Virus genome (UHGV): UHGV-0214148
Reading direction: 5' to 3' (one strand)
Source: a virus
DNA: 64,000 bases
Positions 18,608 through 28,118 of this stretch are shown here, piece after piece; within the stretch, counting starts at the first letter, position 1, and each line of letters opens with the position of its first letter. The position numbers and the translations under genes were made by a program. Under the pieces are notes generated by a model, which was not told where the DNA came from, made no database searches, and saw nothing but the letters and a program-made list of their open reading frames with translations.

Positions 18608-19408
18608 TTACAGACCTTGCATCTTATCCATTACAGCGATTTCAGGATCGTTAATGCCCGTCTTCGAAGAAATCATAAAGCGCTTATCGCTAATAGCTTC
18701 TACAGATTCGCGAATAAACAATGACTTTTCTTCCGCAACAGGGAGAATAGAATCGTTATCCTGCGGACCCACAAGCTGACAACTGAATGGCACATAGCTG
18801 TTGAAAGTCACATAAGGACCTAACTGCAAGACCGGATACACTTCATTAAAGTTATTTGATGTACCGCTGTCTGTAGAAATCACAGAATAGCGCACCACCG
18901 CACGAACCGCTGTTGTGTATTCAGGATCGCGGGCTTCACCCACCACGGTAAAACGAAACGCATTGAAGTCGTAGTCTTCCGACTCACTAAAGTGTGAAGG
19001 GAGAATACGTTCAATATACTGAGGATAGGTTTCTTGTTGCCCTGGAACAACCGCTGCAGCTAATTTCTGAGCATAGAAGTAACAATAAGCAAAGCCGTAT
19101 TGCGCTTCTAAAGCACCAGACACCACGGCGGTTGTGATCGCGTGCAGGAACAACAAATGGCCTAACGTCCCTTTTTCTTCGATTGGTAATAAGCGACAAT
19201 TCTGTACACCGTCTACGGTATAAATAACAGAAATCGTTTTGTCAGCACTGGACGCCATGATGTAGTCCAACTGGCGTTGTTCGCCACCAGGAATAACATT
19301 AAGGCAACGTTCTAACAACTTCGACGGTTTCGAAAAATTCTCTTCTTCGAACTTGTCGATTTGAATTAACGTTTGGCCAGACATTCTGAAAGTAAGTAGA
19401 TTACTCAT
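18608..19408 (-). CDS. hypothetical protein (~266 aa)
   Basis: ORF track lists a TTG at 19414; ATG at 19406-19408 has AAAGGA Shine-Dalgarno 8 nt upstream. Confidence 0.8.
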   Translation of the reverse strand: MSNLLTFRMSGQTLIQIDKFEEENFSKPSKLLERCLNVIPGGEQRQLDYIMASSADKTISVIYTVDGVQNCRLLPIEEKGTLGHLLFLHAITTAVVSGALEAQYGFAYCYFYAQKLAAAVVPGQQETYPQYIERILPSHFSESEDYDFNAFRFTVVGEARDPEYTTAVRAVVRYSVISTDSGTSNNFNEVYPVLQLGPYVTFNSYVPFSCQLVGPQDNDSILPVAEEKSLFIRESVEAISDKRFMISSKTGINDPEIAVMDKMQGL

Positions 19409-19440
19409 TAACAAATCCTTTAGGTTACGGACGACATAAT

Positions 19441-20760
19441 TTACGTAGCGGTTGTAAATTTTTCATTAGTCAACCACAACGTCAATTGACTAATGGTATT
19501 AAATTGTGGGGACGCCATCGAACCACCGTCAACGGCAGCTTGGAAAACTTCACCAACCAACGTCCCATAACGAGTGTATACACCGTAATTATTCGCATAC
19601 AGATATTTTACTGCCATACCCGGCTGCAATAAACCGTACGCTGAACGGTTCCAGGTCGTTGCGGTCAGTGTCCCTCTGGCGGCAGCCAACTTAGAACGAC
19701 GAGGCTTATCCGTGTCGCTGAAGTGCTCGTTTGGATCAATAGGTGCATTAACAACACCGCCGGGGTACTGTGTAGGGTCTGCTGCCGAAACAAACGAATC
19801 TGACGTCGTTGCTGAAACGTCGCCTGGAGAGAAAGAACTTGCACGTCCATCTAAGGCACGGATTGAACCCACACGGTAACCTGTTCCCTGATTTAACGCG
19901 AGGGCGTCTTTGTCTTCGAAGGTGTGAACATCGCCACCGCAAATCAGATAAATGACGTCACCTGCAATGTGACACGTTTTATCTAAATAGGCAACTTTCT
20001 CTCTTGGAAGGTTAATTACCACCAGTTTCTTTTTTGCCGAAGAGAATTTCTTAGAATCCCACGGTTGAAAGATATGCCAACGGTGTTTATACAAGAAGAC
20101 ACCTAATCCTTGACTATACACACCGTAGCGGTTCTGAATGAAATCGAAAACCGAAAGAAAACTTTGCGAATCGGGAATCAAAATGTCACGATAAGGCTGT
20201 TGTTCTTCTTCCTCGTATTCCACACCAACCAACTGACCTTCTGGTGCATCCCCGGTAGGTAACGTATCGGCAAGTAATGCACGAACGACACTTAATCCAT
20301 CGGTTTCGTGGTAAATCCCTCCTACCTGACGACAACGAAGGAACCACATCGATTCGTCCATCAGTTCCAACGTTACCACGCCCAACCCTTTTTGGTCAGA
20401 TTCACCCAAAAACATTGTAGGTGATTCCATATCAGGATCGTGGTTGTTAACCACAATTCCTCGGTAGTTCAGTTGCGCAATGGTTTTCTTGTTCATTGTC
20501 CGCATCAGGATTTTAACTGATAAATCCCCTTCTGCCGATGACGTAAGAATACGTTGCTGGCTCAGTGGAATCACCACACTGAGGTGCGTGATGGTCGTTA
20601 AATCCTGAGCGAAATTACTGGCATGGATTATCGACATGGTTTTGTAAACGTCAATCGTCACCCCACGGACCGTGATAAGGGGTACGTAGTCGATGGCCGG
20701 TAATCCCGCCGCTTGTGCAATGTGCACGTTTGCTATGTTCTGTAACCGACCAAACGACAT
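19441..20760 (-). CDS. hypothetical protein (439 aa)
   Basis: ORF track; start overlaps upstream stop (TAATG). Confidence 0.85.
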   Translation of the reverse strand: MSFGRLQNIANVHIAQAAGLPAIDYVPLITVRGVTIDVYKTMSIIHASNFAQDLTTITHLSVVIPLSQQRILTSSAEGDLSVKILMRTMNKKTIAQLNYRGIVVNNHDPDMESPTMFLGESDQKGLGVVTLELMDESMWFLRCRQVGGIYHETDGLSVVRALLADTLPTGDAPEGQLVGVEYEEEEQQPYRDILIPDSQSFLSVFDFIQNRYGVYSQGLGVFLYKHRWHIFQPWDSKKFSSAKKKLVVINLPREKVAYLDKTCHIAGDVIYLICGGDVHTFEDKDALALNQGTGYRVGSIRALDGRASSFSPGDVSATTSDSFVSAADPTQYPGGVVNAPIDPNEHFSDTDKPRRSKLAAARGTLTATTWNRSAYGLLQPGMAVKYLYANNYGVYTRYGTLVGEVFQAAVDGGSMASPQFNTISQLTLWLTNEKFTTAT

Positions 20761-21299
20761 TACAGAATTCCTCCACGTCTACGGTATATCTGTTCAATAC
20801 GGTGCATAATCGTATCGTTGAACTGATGCCGCTCTGTTTCCAATCGGACTTCGCCAAATAACGCTTGTACGGAAACCGCCATTGTTACTTCGGGTTTCTT
20901 AAAGTAACCGTAACGGTTCGCTACCGGGAACAGTTTACGCGCTAACGCATTAAACTGACGCAAGCCCTCCATAGGGACTTTACGTGTTGTCAGGTGTGGG
21001 GTCTGCATGTAATTTAGCCAATCAGCTAAGTGTTCCATGATATACCCGTACACGATGATCCCGTCATGTGGGTCGTGGACGTCTAACGCCGCGCCAGATT
21101 CTGCATAAACCGCAACTTCGAAAGGTCGCATGTATACAGTCTTTTTATTGAGCAGTATCGCGCGTGCTTTTTTCTCGTCTTCCGGTAAGAACAACCCATG
21201 TTCCTGAGACATGTACGTTGAAATCGTCGTCCATTCAGGGACACGCCATCCCACCCACTTGTGAAACAGCATAAATGCTGCGCTACGTTTTTCAGCCAC
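20760..21299 (-). CDS. hypothetical protein (~179 aa; start uncertain)
   Basis: Track ORF 20760..21401 overlaps upstream gene by 100 nt; a GTG at 21297-21299 has GAGGGA Shine-Dalgarno 5 nt upstream. ATG alternatives at 21314 and 21272. Confidence 0.55.
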   Translation of the reverse strand: MAEKRSAAFMLFHKWVGWRVPEWTTISTYMSQEHGLFLPEDEKKARAILLNKKTVYMRPFEVAVYAESGAALDVHDPHDGIIVYGYIMEHLADWLNYMQTPHLTTRKVPMEGLRQFNALARKLFPVANRYGYFKKPEVTMAVSVQALFGEVRLETERHQFNDTIMHRIEQIYRRRGGIL

Positions 21300-21300
21300 G

Positions 21301-22671
21301 TTAATCCCTCGCATACCGTAACAACAAATACACCATCGGAATGTAATAGAATTGCGCATCCTTCGGCAAACGGTAAACTTCTTCAAACAACCGTAATGCA
21401 ATTACCGTTGACAGTGGGCGTTTATTCAGATAGAGATATAAACCGTATTCTAATAACGAACTGTACGAGCCCTCGTAGAACGTTGGGCTTAACAAATACG
21501 GTTCGTAAGTCAGTGGTAGAAATGCAGGGATTGATTCGCCTTCATTACCCCGATAGTTCTCCACTTCAACCGGTTCAAACTCCGTCCACTTCGGCCACTG
21601 TCCAGGGAAACGTTGCGCCATCCCATAGCCCGGTTTTAATTCATCGGTAAAGAATCGGGTATCCGAAATTAATGACCAGGTCACAGAATTCCGATGCTGC
21701 ATCGTACGGAAGGTTTTTACCTGCCAGACACTGGAATCACGTTTATAATCCGCTAAGAACGTTGGCGATTGATTTAACAACGCTGTCCAGACCGTTTCAA
21801 TATCTTCCACACGCATTGGTGGGTGCGGATAGATTTGAATATCTTTACCGACAGTCCGTAAACCTACAGAACGTACAAACTGTGCTAAGAACACGTCGTA
21901 GTACGCGCGACTACGCAGCCCATCGCTGTGCCGATCGTGCGGGAAAAGCAACGTTGCCGTTTCCCCATCGTAAAACCGTTTTACGTAAGTCTGTTCAATA
22001 TCCGCAATCGCATCAACAACCTTCAAAAACGCACGGTATTCTTTCGGTGTCAGTAACGTATCACCGCCCGTCCAGGCACGTTCAGAAACGTAATAATACT
22101 CACGGACCGTACAACGGCGAATGGTTTCTGCAACTTCTGGATCAACTTCAAACAGCAGCGTATATTCAATGTTATACGTTGCAATTTTGTTATTGGACAT
22201 CCGCACGACGTTCGTGACATTGAACAACGCGAACCGTCCGTCTCCAATCGGGGCAACAAAAAAACACCCTTCGTTGGGAATCACCGAGTTCGCCATTGTT
22301 GCGGCACCGGACATGGTGAACGTTTTGTTTGTCGTGTCCTGAGAACGATCTAACGGTGTAGTAACCCGCAATTCTAACCCGATGATTTTCTCTACTTGCT
22401 GGTCAGGCGTAAGTACCTTCGAATCGAAGAATTTCTTCGCGTCGTTACGCCCTTTCAGGAAATTAAAGAAATCCACTGTCCAGGAAGACCCTTCCAGGTA
22501 CTTCATCAGGTACTGTTTCGGTATACGCTCTAAATCCGTCACCGTTGTACGTGTCGGTTGTGTCACCACGTTCGTGGTTTCTTTCACACCGTCTTGTGGT
22601 TTATTCAACTCAGGGATCGGGCGTTCCACCGGTTCGAAAGAAGACGGTTTATCACGCTTCGCTTTGAGCAT
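21301..22671 (-). CDS. hypothetical protein (456 aa)
   Basis: ORF track; GAGGAA Shine-Dalgarno 7 nt upstream of ATG 22671; 20-nt overlap with upstream gene. Confidence 0.85.
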   Translation of the reverse strand: MLKAKRDKPSSFEPVERPIPELNKPQDGVKETTNVVTQPTRTTVTDLERIPKQYLMKYLEGSSWTVDFFNFLKGRNDAKKFFDSKVLTPDQQVEKIIGLELRVTTPLDRSQDTTNKTFTMSGAATMANSVIPNEGCFFVAPIGDGRFALFNVTNVVRMSNNKIATYNIEYTLLFEVDPEVAETIRRCTVREYYYVSERAWTGGDTLLTPKEYRAFLKVVDAIADIEQTYVKRFYDGETATLLFPHDRHSDGLRSRAYYDVFLAQFVRSVGLRTVGKDIQIYPHPPMRVEDIETVWTALLNQSPTFLADYKRDSSVWQVKTFRTMQHRNSVTWSLISDTRFFTDELKPGYGMAQRFPGQWPKWTEFEPVEVENYRGNEGESIPAFLPLTYEPYLLSPTFYEGSYSSLLEYGLYLYLNKRPLSTVIALRLFEEVYRLPKDAQFYYIPMVYLLLRYARD

Positions 22672-24160
22672 TCTCTGTTCCTCGCATGGTAATAATGGTC
22701 GAGTTCAGCACCGTCAATAACACACGGGCTTCTACGTTCGGAATCAGTTTATTAATGTCATCGATAACACTCGGCGGTAACACCGGCTTATCCCACCACC
22801 AATCAGGAACGTCCCATTTCGGGAACAACCACTCAATTAATACTTTCGCTGCCTGTGGATATAACTGTAATGGCCAGAGGTTCATTCCACGCCAGTCAAA
22901 CATGACCGATTCGGTTAAGTAATAACCCTTATTTACTTTCAGGTCACGACCTTTAAGCGAAAACGTATTTCCTTCCCAATGGTAGAAACGCGGTTCGATA
23001 ATCTGTCCCTCTTCGAACAACTCGATACGGAAAACACCCGTCTGTCCTGTCGGGTCGATCGCACGACAATGTTCGATATACGGTAGCAACGCTTCGTTCC
23101 ATTCGTAAGGTAAATCTTCCGTAGACATCACCTTCGGCGATAACATGTTGTCCGGTTCAAAAACAACATCTGTACCGAAAATCGGTAAGAGTTTATCTTT
23201 AAGCGGGGAGTGCGTACGATGGAACTGTTCCGTGGGAGATAACAAATACGGGAGACGAATATACTGACGAGTTTCGTTAATCCACCAGGTTGAATCGAGA
23301 TTCTTCTGTTGTGGATGGCGGTAAACTAACTCCTCGTTAGATACCCACGGAGGATCTATCTCCGGCCAATATTCATCGGGCAGTGGTGTCTGATTGATGA
23401 TATACGGATACGATACCACAATCTCTTCAGGGCGCTGATAAGAGAAACGGATAACGAACGTTGCTTCCCAGTGGTTTTCATCTTTATCCCAAGCCGGTGT
23501 TTGAACGTCATATACCGTTTCTAAACGCGTAGGTGCGTAACGTACCGCAATGGTTTCCTGCCCCCCGGCAACATTGGCTGCACGAAATACGTCGGGCGTA
23601 AAATACGCTTTCAAATAAGCTTTAAAATCGTCAAACGTCGGTACTCGTGTTCCTGCAGCAACGTAGCAGGCATTCAACAACTTTAACGCGGGTTTAGGGA
23701 TATAATAGAACGCTTCTGACTCTGTCATGGTCGAATAACGGCCCATGTCCACTAATGAGTCTAAACGGTTCGTCCAGCGCAATAACTCATCACGTGAGGC
23801 ACTGGTACGTCGTAACGTTACTGTTACGTTATACATCGTTCTAACGGGCCAGGCGCGTACCTGATCGACACGGTTCTCAAAGAAGTACGGTTCAGCCTGC
23901 TGACCAACCTGACGATTGATTCTGGCCCACTCATCGCGTTCTTCTTCTACTTCAACGTAAACCTTTTCAGGTGAACTGTACTCTACTTCAGTACCGTCAC
24001 CTAAAGTAGAATCCGGTTGATGGGCGCTATTGAATTCATCGAGGAAAACAACCGCTGCTGTATCAATACCAGACTCATTAAGTACACGTTGTATAACGCC
24101 ATCGATTATTGGTTTGCGAATGGTCGCGTCTAACGACGGAATTTCAAAATACTGTTGCAT
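22652..24160 (-). CDS. hypothetical protein (502 aa)
   Basis: ORF track; AAGGAA Shine-Dalgarno 8 nt upstream of ATG 24160. Confidence 0.85.
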   Translation of the reverse strand: MQQYFEIPSLDATIRKPIIDGVIQRVLNESGIDTAAVVFLDEFNSAHQPDSTLGDGTEVEYSSPEKVYVEVEEERDEWARINRQVGQQAEPYFFENRVDQVRAWPVRTMYNVTVTLRRTSASRDELLRWTNRLDSLVDMGRYSTMTESEAFYYIPKPALKLLNACYVAAGTRVPTFDDFKAYLKAYFTPDVFRAANVAGGQETIAVRYAPTRLETVYDVQTPAWDKDENHWEATFVIRFSYQRPEEIVVSYPYIINQTPLPDEYWPEIDPPWVSNEELVYRHPQQKNLDSTWWINETRQYIRLPYLLSPTEQFHRTHSPLKDKLLPIFGTDVVFEPDNMLSPKVMSTEDLPYEWNEALLPYIEHCRAIDPTGQTGVFRIELFEEGQIIEPRFYHWEGNTFSLKGRDLKVNKGYYLTESVMFDWRGMNLWPLQLYPQAAKVLIEWLFPKWDVPDWWWDKPVLPPSVIDDINKLIPNVEARVLLTVLNSTIITMRGTENAQSEA

Positions 24161-24250
24161 TGGCTTGTTCCTTCGTTATAGTCATATCACAGGCGCGAAA
24201 TGAAAAAAAAAATAAAAGGGAACCGAAGCCCCCTTTTACGTTTAACCTGC

Positions 24251-24547
24251 CTATAACAGATAAGGTATACCTTCAAAGATAATCTCATCGTTAGCGAAGC
24301 CAACAGACGCTTCCTCACCCCCAGAGGTGGTTGCCCAAATCTCTGCCGCAAAACGCTGGTTGTTAATCAACAGCCCACGGTTGTTTTCGAACAACACTAT
24401 CAAGATCAACCTGACGCTTTTCTCTTGATGTAAACGGCGTATAAACGCGTGCTTTACAGGAGAAGGATACCAGGTGAAGCGCGCTATTTTCCCTTTCGCA
24501 ACTCTACCTAAAAAGAGCTTTTCTAAGGTTACAAACTCAGTGCCCAT
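24251..24547 (-). CDS. hypothetical protein (~98 aa; start uncertain)
   Basis: Track ORF 24251..24583 overlaps the DHFR 3' end; in-frame ATG at 24545-24547 reduces overlap to 11 nt. Confidence 0.45.
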   Translation of the reverse strand: MGTEFVTLEKLFLGRVAKGKIARFTWYPSPVKHAFIRRLHQEKSVRLILIVLFENNRGLLINNQRFAAEIWATTSGGEEASVGFANDEIIFEGIPYLL

Positions 24548-25073
24548 CTCTTTTCCAAATCTGATAATGCCAACGCGGAACATCGCTATCCGGTTTGGAA
24601 GCGTGCGTTAAGTTATAAACCAGTCTAAACGTGTTACGATCGATTTCAGGAAAGAACGCATCCGCACCATCGACTTTAACTTCTACGCGTGACAAGTAAA
24701 TCTTATCCACGTAAGGTAACGCCTGATGGTAAATTTCTGCACCACCGATAATAAAGATTTCTTTAGGATAACCCTTTTTCTCAACCTCAGTTTTGAGGAA
24801 CTCAATAATCGAACCCATTTCACCCTTAAGGTTAAGCACCCCATCGATTTCGGGCACACCACCAGGTCTTCTCGTCAACACGACATGGTGACGATTAGGC
24901 AGGGGTTTATGCCCTAACGATTCCCATGTCTTGCTTCCCATCACGATAACCTTACCTGATGTAAGTGCCTTAAAATTCTTTAAGTCATCGGGAATACGCC
25001 ACGGTAATTTATTGTCTTTCCCAATTTCGTTATTCAACCCAGCAGCAGCTATCATCGAAACTGTAATTGTCAT
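24537..25073 (-). CDS. folA: dihydrofolate reductase
   Basis: Track ORF trimmed to ATG 25071-25073 (MTITVSMIAAAGLNNEIG...). Classical DHFR motifs: LPW, VIMGSKTWES, PLPNR, IIGGAEIY, FFP. GGAG Shine-Dalgarno upstream; ATGA overlap with upstream gene. Confidence 0.9.
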   Translation of the reverse strand: MTITVSMIAAAGLNNEIGKDNKLPWRIPDDLKNFKALTSGKVIVMGSKTWESLGHKPLPNRHHVVLTRRPGGVPEIDGVLNLKGEMGSIIEFLKTEVEKKGYPKEIFIIGGAEIYHQALPYVDKIYLSRVEVKVDGADAFFPEIDRNTFRLVYNLTHASKPDSDVPRWHYQIWKRDGH

Positions 25074-25375
25074 TTCTTTATCTCCAGTGAGCCTCTTAAA
25101 TGGCGTATAAAATCTTTTCGGGTATACCGACTCGTTTTGTACTGATCGGCTAAATGGTAAACGGTAACGTACCGCCCTTTGGCTTCCATATGCAAATGCG
25201 TTATATTGCCATCGTTCGTAGGGAGTGGTCTGATCAGAGGAATCATCAAATCCCCATTCCAACCAGGTTCATTAAGTCTCGGTATCAGTAATCGAATGTC
25301 TAGCCGTTTTACGCAGTACACCACATTACTTTCCGGCAACTTAACAACACATATCGCATCGGCTTTGAGTTTCAT
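25070..25375 (-). CDS. hypothetical protein (101 aa)
   Basis: ORF track; coupled to DHFR start. Confidence 0.6.
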   Translation of the reverse strand: MKLKADAICVVKLPESNVVYCVKRLDIRLLIPRLNEPGWNGDLMIPLIRPLPTNDGNITHLHMEAKGRYVTVYHLADQYKTSRYTRKDFIRHLRGSLEIKK

Positions 25376-25377
25376 TT

Positions 25378-25929
25378 TTAACCTTCCTGGTATTGTCTAA
25401 TTCCGTAATCAGGTAGAATGTTTTCTACTGTGTTTTTCGGTACAACTGAAAGCTGGTTGTATAAATTCAACAAATCTTCACGCAGTAACTTCTGCTCGAT
25501 ATCAAGTTTATAACAAGCCAGTTCTTTTTCTAGCGGTTTAAGTAACACAACGCGTGTTTGAAAACCGTCAATAGGCTCAGGAACACGATAACCACGACGA
25601 CGGTAAAAGGTTTCCAGCTTCGAATAATCGCGAATGTATGTTTTCGTCAGTGTGGAATAACCTGCGTCTAACATAAACTTGTAGAACGGACGTAAAGCAA
25701 TGAAACGATCGTATTCCAGGTGTTCTGGAATATAGAATTCGTAATTGTTGTAAGTGAGCGTGGAGAGTTGAGAACCATTACAATGCGCACAGTTAATAAA
25801 AATAGCCAGTCCAATCATTACCGGACGTGGGACGATAAGGGTTTTATCGCCAAACCGAATACGAAAGATTTCCTGCTGTAAACTGGTTTCAGATACAACT
25901 TCAGCGTCTAAAATATTAAATTTGTTCAT
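25378..25929 (-). CDS. hypothetical protein (~183 aa)
   Basis: Track ORF 25378..25977; ATG at 25927-25929 (MNKFNILDAEVV...) has AGGAG Shine-Dalgarno 8 nt upstream and lies just after the upstream stop. Confidence 0.7.
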   Translation of the reverse strand: MNKFNILDAEVVSETSLQQEIFRIRFGDKTLIVPRPVMIGLAIFINCAHCNGSQLSTLTYNNYEFYIPEHLEYDRFIALRPFYKFMLDAGYSTLTKTYIRDYSKLETFYRRRGYRVPEPIDGFQTRVVLLKPLEKELACYKLDIEQKLLREDLLNLYNQLSVVPKNTVENILPDYGIRQYQEG

Positions 25930-25982
25930 TTCTATTCTCCTAAAGGTCGAAAAAATAAAGCCCTCCGTAGAGGGCATTCTGA

Positions 25983-26624
25983 TTATAGAGCTTCGAAGAA
26001 ACGATCTACCGCCTGCGCAGCGGTAAGGTTAATCTGAATGAAAGTGCTTTCCTGTTCTGTTTCTTCGCTTGCTACCAGCGGGAGCAGCTTAAAGCCATCA
26101 CCTACTTCCAATACGCGCTCCACGATACGCGGTATGTCATTTAATCCAGATAGTGAACTGGTGACATCATCCATACGCATCTCGGCCGCATCATTCGCAA
26201 TACTGCAAACCAACTCTTCATTCGTAGGTTCAACAATACGAAAGTAGATAACGGTCGTAAAGAACTTATTCTCGCCTTCACAGATAGCAACATGCGAATC
26301 TTCAAAAGAGTAATATTTCACACCATCAAAAGTTCTGGTAACAACCGGGGTGTTGACATCTTTAAGCAAGCTGTTTAAAAGGGTCTGTGGCAAACGGCTC
26401 TGAATTTCTGTTTTATACACAAATTCACGTCGACCAACCTTCAGCACCTCTTCATCAAGACCCTTACAGCCAGCGTCTATAGCCCTTGCTAACCAAATCG
26501 AAATTGCAATAACTTCGGCTTGATACAACGATAAGACTCTTGCGTTTGGTGCCGCCATTACGAGTTTGTCGCCTTCAACAGAAAAGGCACATTCACAGAA
26601 GTCAGCTAAATTGTAACGTGTCAT
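25983..26624 (-). CDS. hypothetical protein (213 aa), first gene of the DHFR-containing block
   Basis: ORF track; AGGAG Shine-Dalgarno upstream; promoter-like motif ~50 nt upstream. Confidence 0.75.
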   Translation of the reverse strand: MTRYNLADFCECAFSVEGDKLVMAAPNARVLSLYQAEVIAISIWLARAIDAGCKGLDEEVLKVGRREFVYKTEIQSRLPQTLLNSLLKDVNTPVVTRTFDGVKYYSFEDSHVAICEGENKFFTTVIYFRIVEPTNEELVCSIANDAAEMRMDDVTSSLSGLNDIPRIVERVLEVGDGFKLLPLVASEETEQESTFIQINLTAAQAVDRFFEAL

Positions 26625-26675
26625 GATAATTCTCCTAAACGTAATAAACAGGTCGTTAAAAGATTACATTGTAAT

Positions 26676-26699
26676 CTCACTAAGGTAATATCTATCTGA
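26676..26699 (-). promoter_or_regulatory. promoter-like conserved motif, copy 2
   Basis: Minus-sense TCAGATAGATATTACCTTAGTGAG, between paralog-1 terminator and ATG 26624. Confidence 0.5.
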
Positions 26700-26715
26700 G
26701 ATTATTTTTAATGCG

Positions 26716-26761
26716 AAAAAAAAAAGAAAGGGGAGAACCACCCCATTACAGGGTGGTTCTC
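26716..26761 (-). terminator. intrinsic terminator after paralog 1
   Basis: Stem gagaaccaccc (26733-26743) / gggtggttctc (26751-26761); on minus strand followed by CCTTTCTTTTTTTTTT. Confidence 0.75.
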
Positions 26762-26779
26762 TTACTAAACAATCAGGGA

Positions 26780-28042
26780 TTATTTAGATTTTTCGTAAGC
26801 AGCGATACCTGCGGAGATATAGCCGTTCAGACCGCCAGCCAGATGTTTCTGAGTAGAGGCAATAACTTTCTCGCCCAGAGACACTGCCTGGTTAATGCTG
26901 TTGATGTAACGACGTGCGGTACGTACAGATTCGGTCAGTTCCGGTTTTTCGTCGATCTTCACGCTGTCGATTTCTTTCAGCAGCTTCTCAATCTGCTGAC
27001 TGAATTTCTCGCGAGCCTGTTCGGTCTTACGATATTCCAGAACGTTCTTCTCAATCTGTTTACCCACTTCGTTGAAGAAGGCATTGGTCTTAGCCAGTTC
27101 GCTAACAGACGGAGTTTTAACGTTGGTTTCAGCACGGTTTTCAGCTTCCACGTAGCTGGAGCTAAAGCCGCCTTCTTCGTCATATTCCATCTTCAGCGCC
27201 ATGTTACCAAGTTTGAACTTGTTAACGTCTTCTTTGGCCAGAGCAGCGAAGTCTGCTTTCAGTTTATCAACTTTAGCGCCATCGCCTTTAACAACGTTAC
27301 CAACCAAATCCGTACCGTTGTTCAGGAAGCTCTGAACGTTACCACTGTAGTAGGTGGAAACGTGGTTCAGGATATTCTTCAGGCGCACCAGATCGTCACC
27401 AACGAATTTACCGTCGACGGACAGAGACTTGATGAAGCCACCAGAGATTTCATCTTTCTTCTGTTTGCCCAGCTTACGAATAGCTTCGTCGTATTTCTTA
27501 GAACGGGCCTGGATGGATTTACCCTGGTTGGAGAATTTCAGCCAACGATCTTTGATCTTACGGCCTTGTTCTTTCAGCCATTCCCAAATACGTTTCAGGA
27601 AGGCTTTAATGTCTTCCCACAGGGATTCACGAGCAACCTGACGACGGTTACGAGAACCGTAGGATTCGTGAGCAACAGAAGAACGGTGTTCGAAGTTCCA
27701 ACGAGAACGGATAGATTCCTGAGCAACGTCCAGCGCAGTCGCAGCGTCGTCCGGCATATCTTCTTCGGCGTCCATCGGTTCTTCACCGTCTTCGCCAGCA
27801 CCTTCACCGTCAGCAGCAGCCTGAGCTTCATCCAGAACTTCCAGCTGAGCATCAGTTTCGTCACCGTCTTCTGCCAGCAGTTCAGCGTCAGCGTCCAGGG
27901 CTTCGATCGGTTTGGTATCATGCTCGATATCGGCCAGAGTACCTTCAACAGATTCTGCTGGCAGTTCGATGCCGTCTGGAACTACAGTGGCAGTAGCTTC
28001 CATCGATTCACGAGCGGCGCGAGTTTTTGCGAAATTTGCCAT
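26780..28042 (-). CDS. acidic paralog 1 of tandem pair (~420 aa); possible abundant virion/head protein
   Basis: Track ORF 26780..28069 starts at GTG; ATG at 28040-28042 gives MANFAKTRAARESMEA, identical to the paralog 2 N-terminus; shared C-terminus GLNGY..AGI.AY.KSK; optimal codon usage. Confidence 0.85.
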   Translation of the reverse strand: MANFAKTRAARESMEATATVVPDGIELPAESVEGTLADIEHDTKPIEALDADAELLAEDGDETDAQLEVLDEAQAAADGEGAGEDGEEPMDAEEDMPDDAATALDVAQESIRSRWNFEHRSSVAHESYGSRNRRQVARESLWEDIKAFLKRIWEWLKEQGRKIKDRWLKFSNQGKSIQARSKKYDEAIRKLGKQKKDEISGGFIKSLSVDGKFVGDDLVRLKNILNHVSTYYSGNVQSFLNNGTDLVGNVVKGDGAKVDKLKADFAALAKEDVNKFKLGNMALKMEYDEEGGFSSSYVEAENRAETNVKTPSVSELAKTNAFFNEVGKQIEKNVLEYRKTEQAREKFSQQIEKLLKEIDSVKIDEKPELTESVRTARRYINSINQAVSLGEKVIASTQKHLAGGLNGYISAGIAAYEKSK

Positions 28043-28118
28043 TTTAAGCTTTTCCTCTAAGGGGAACACGTCGTTCCCCTATTGATTTATTTCAAGAACT
28101 GTACGAGCGTAAGTCTAA

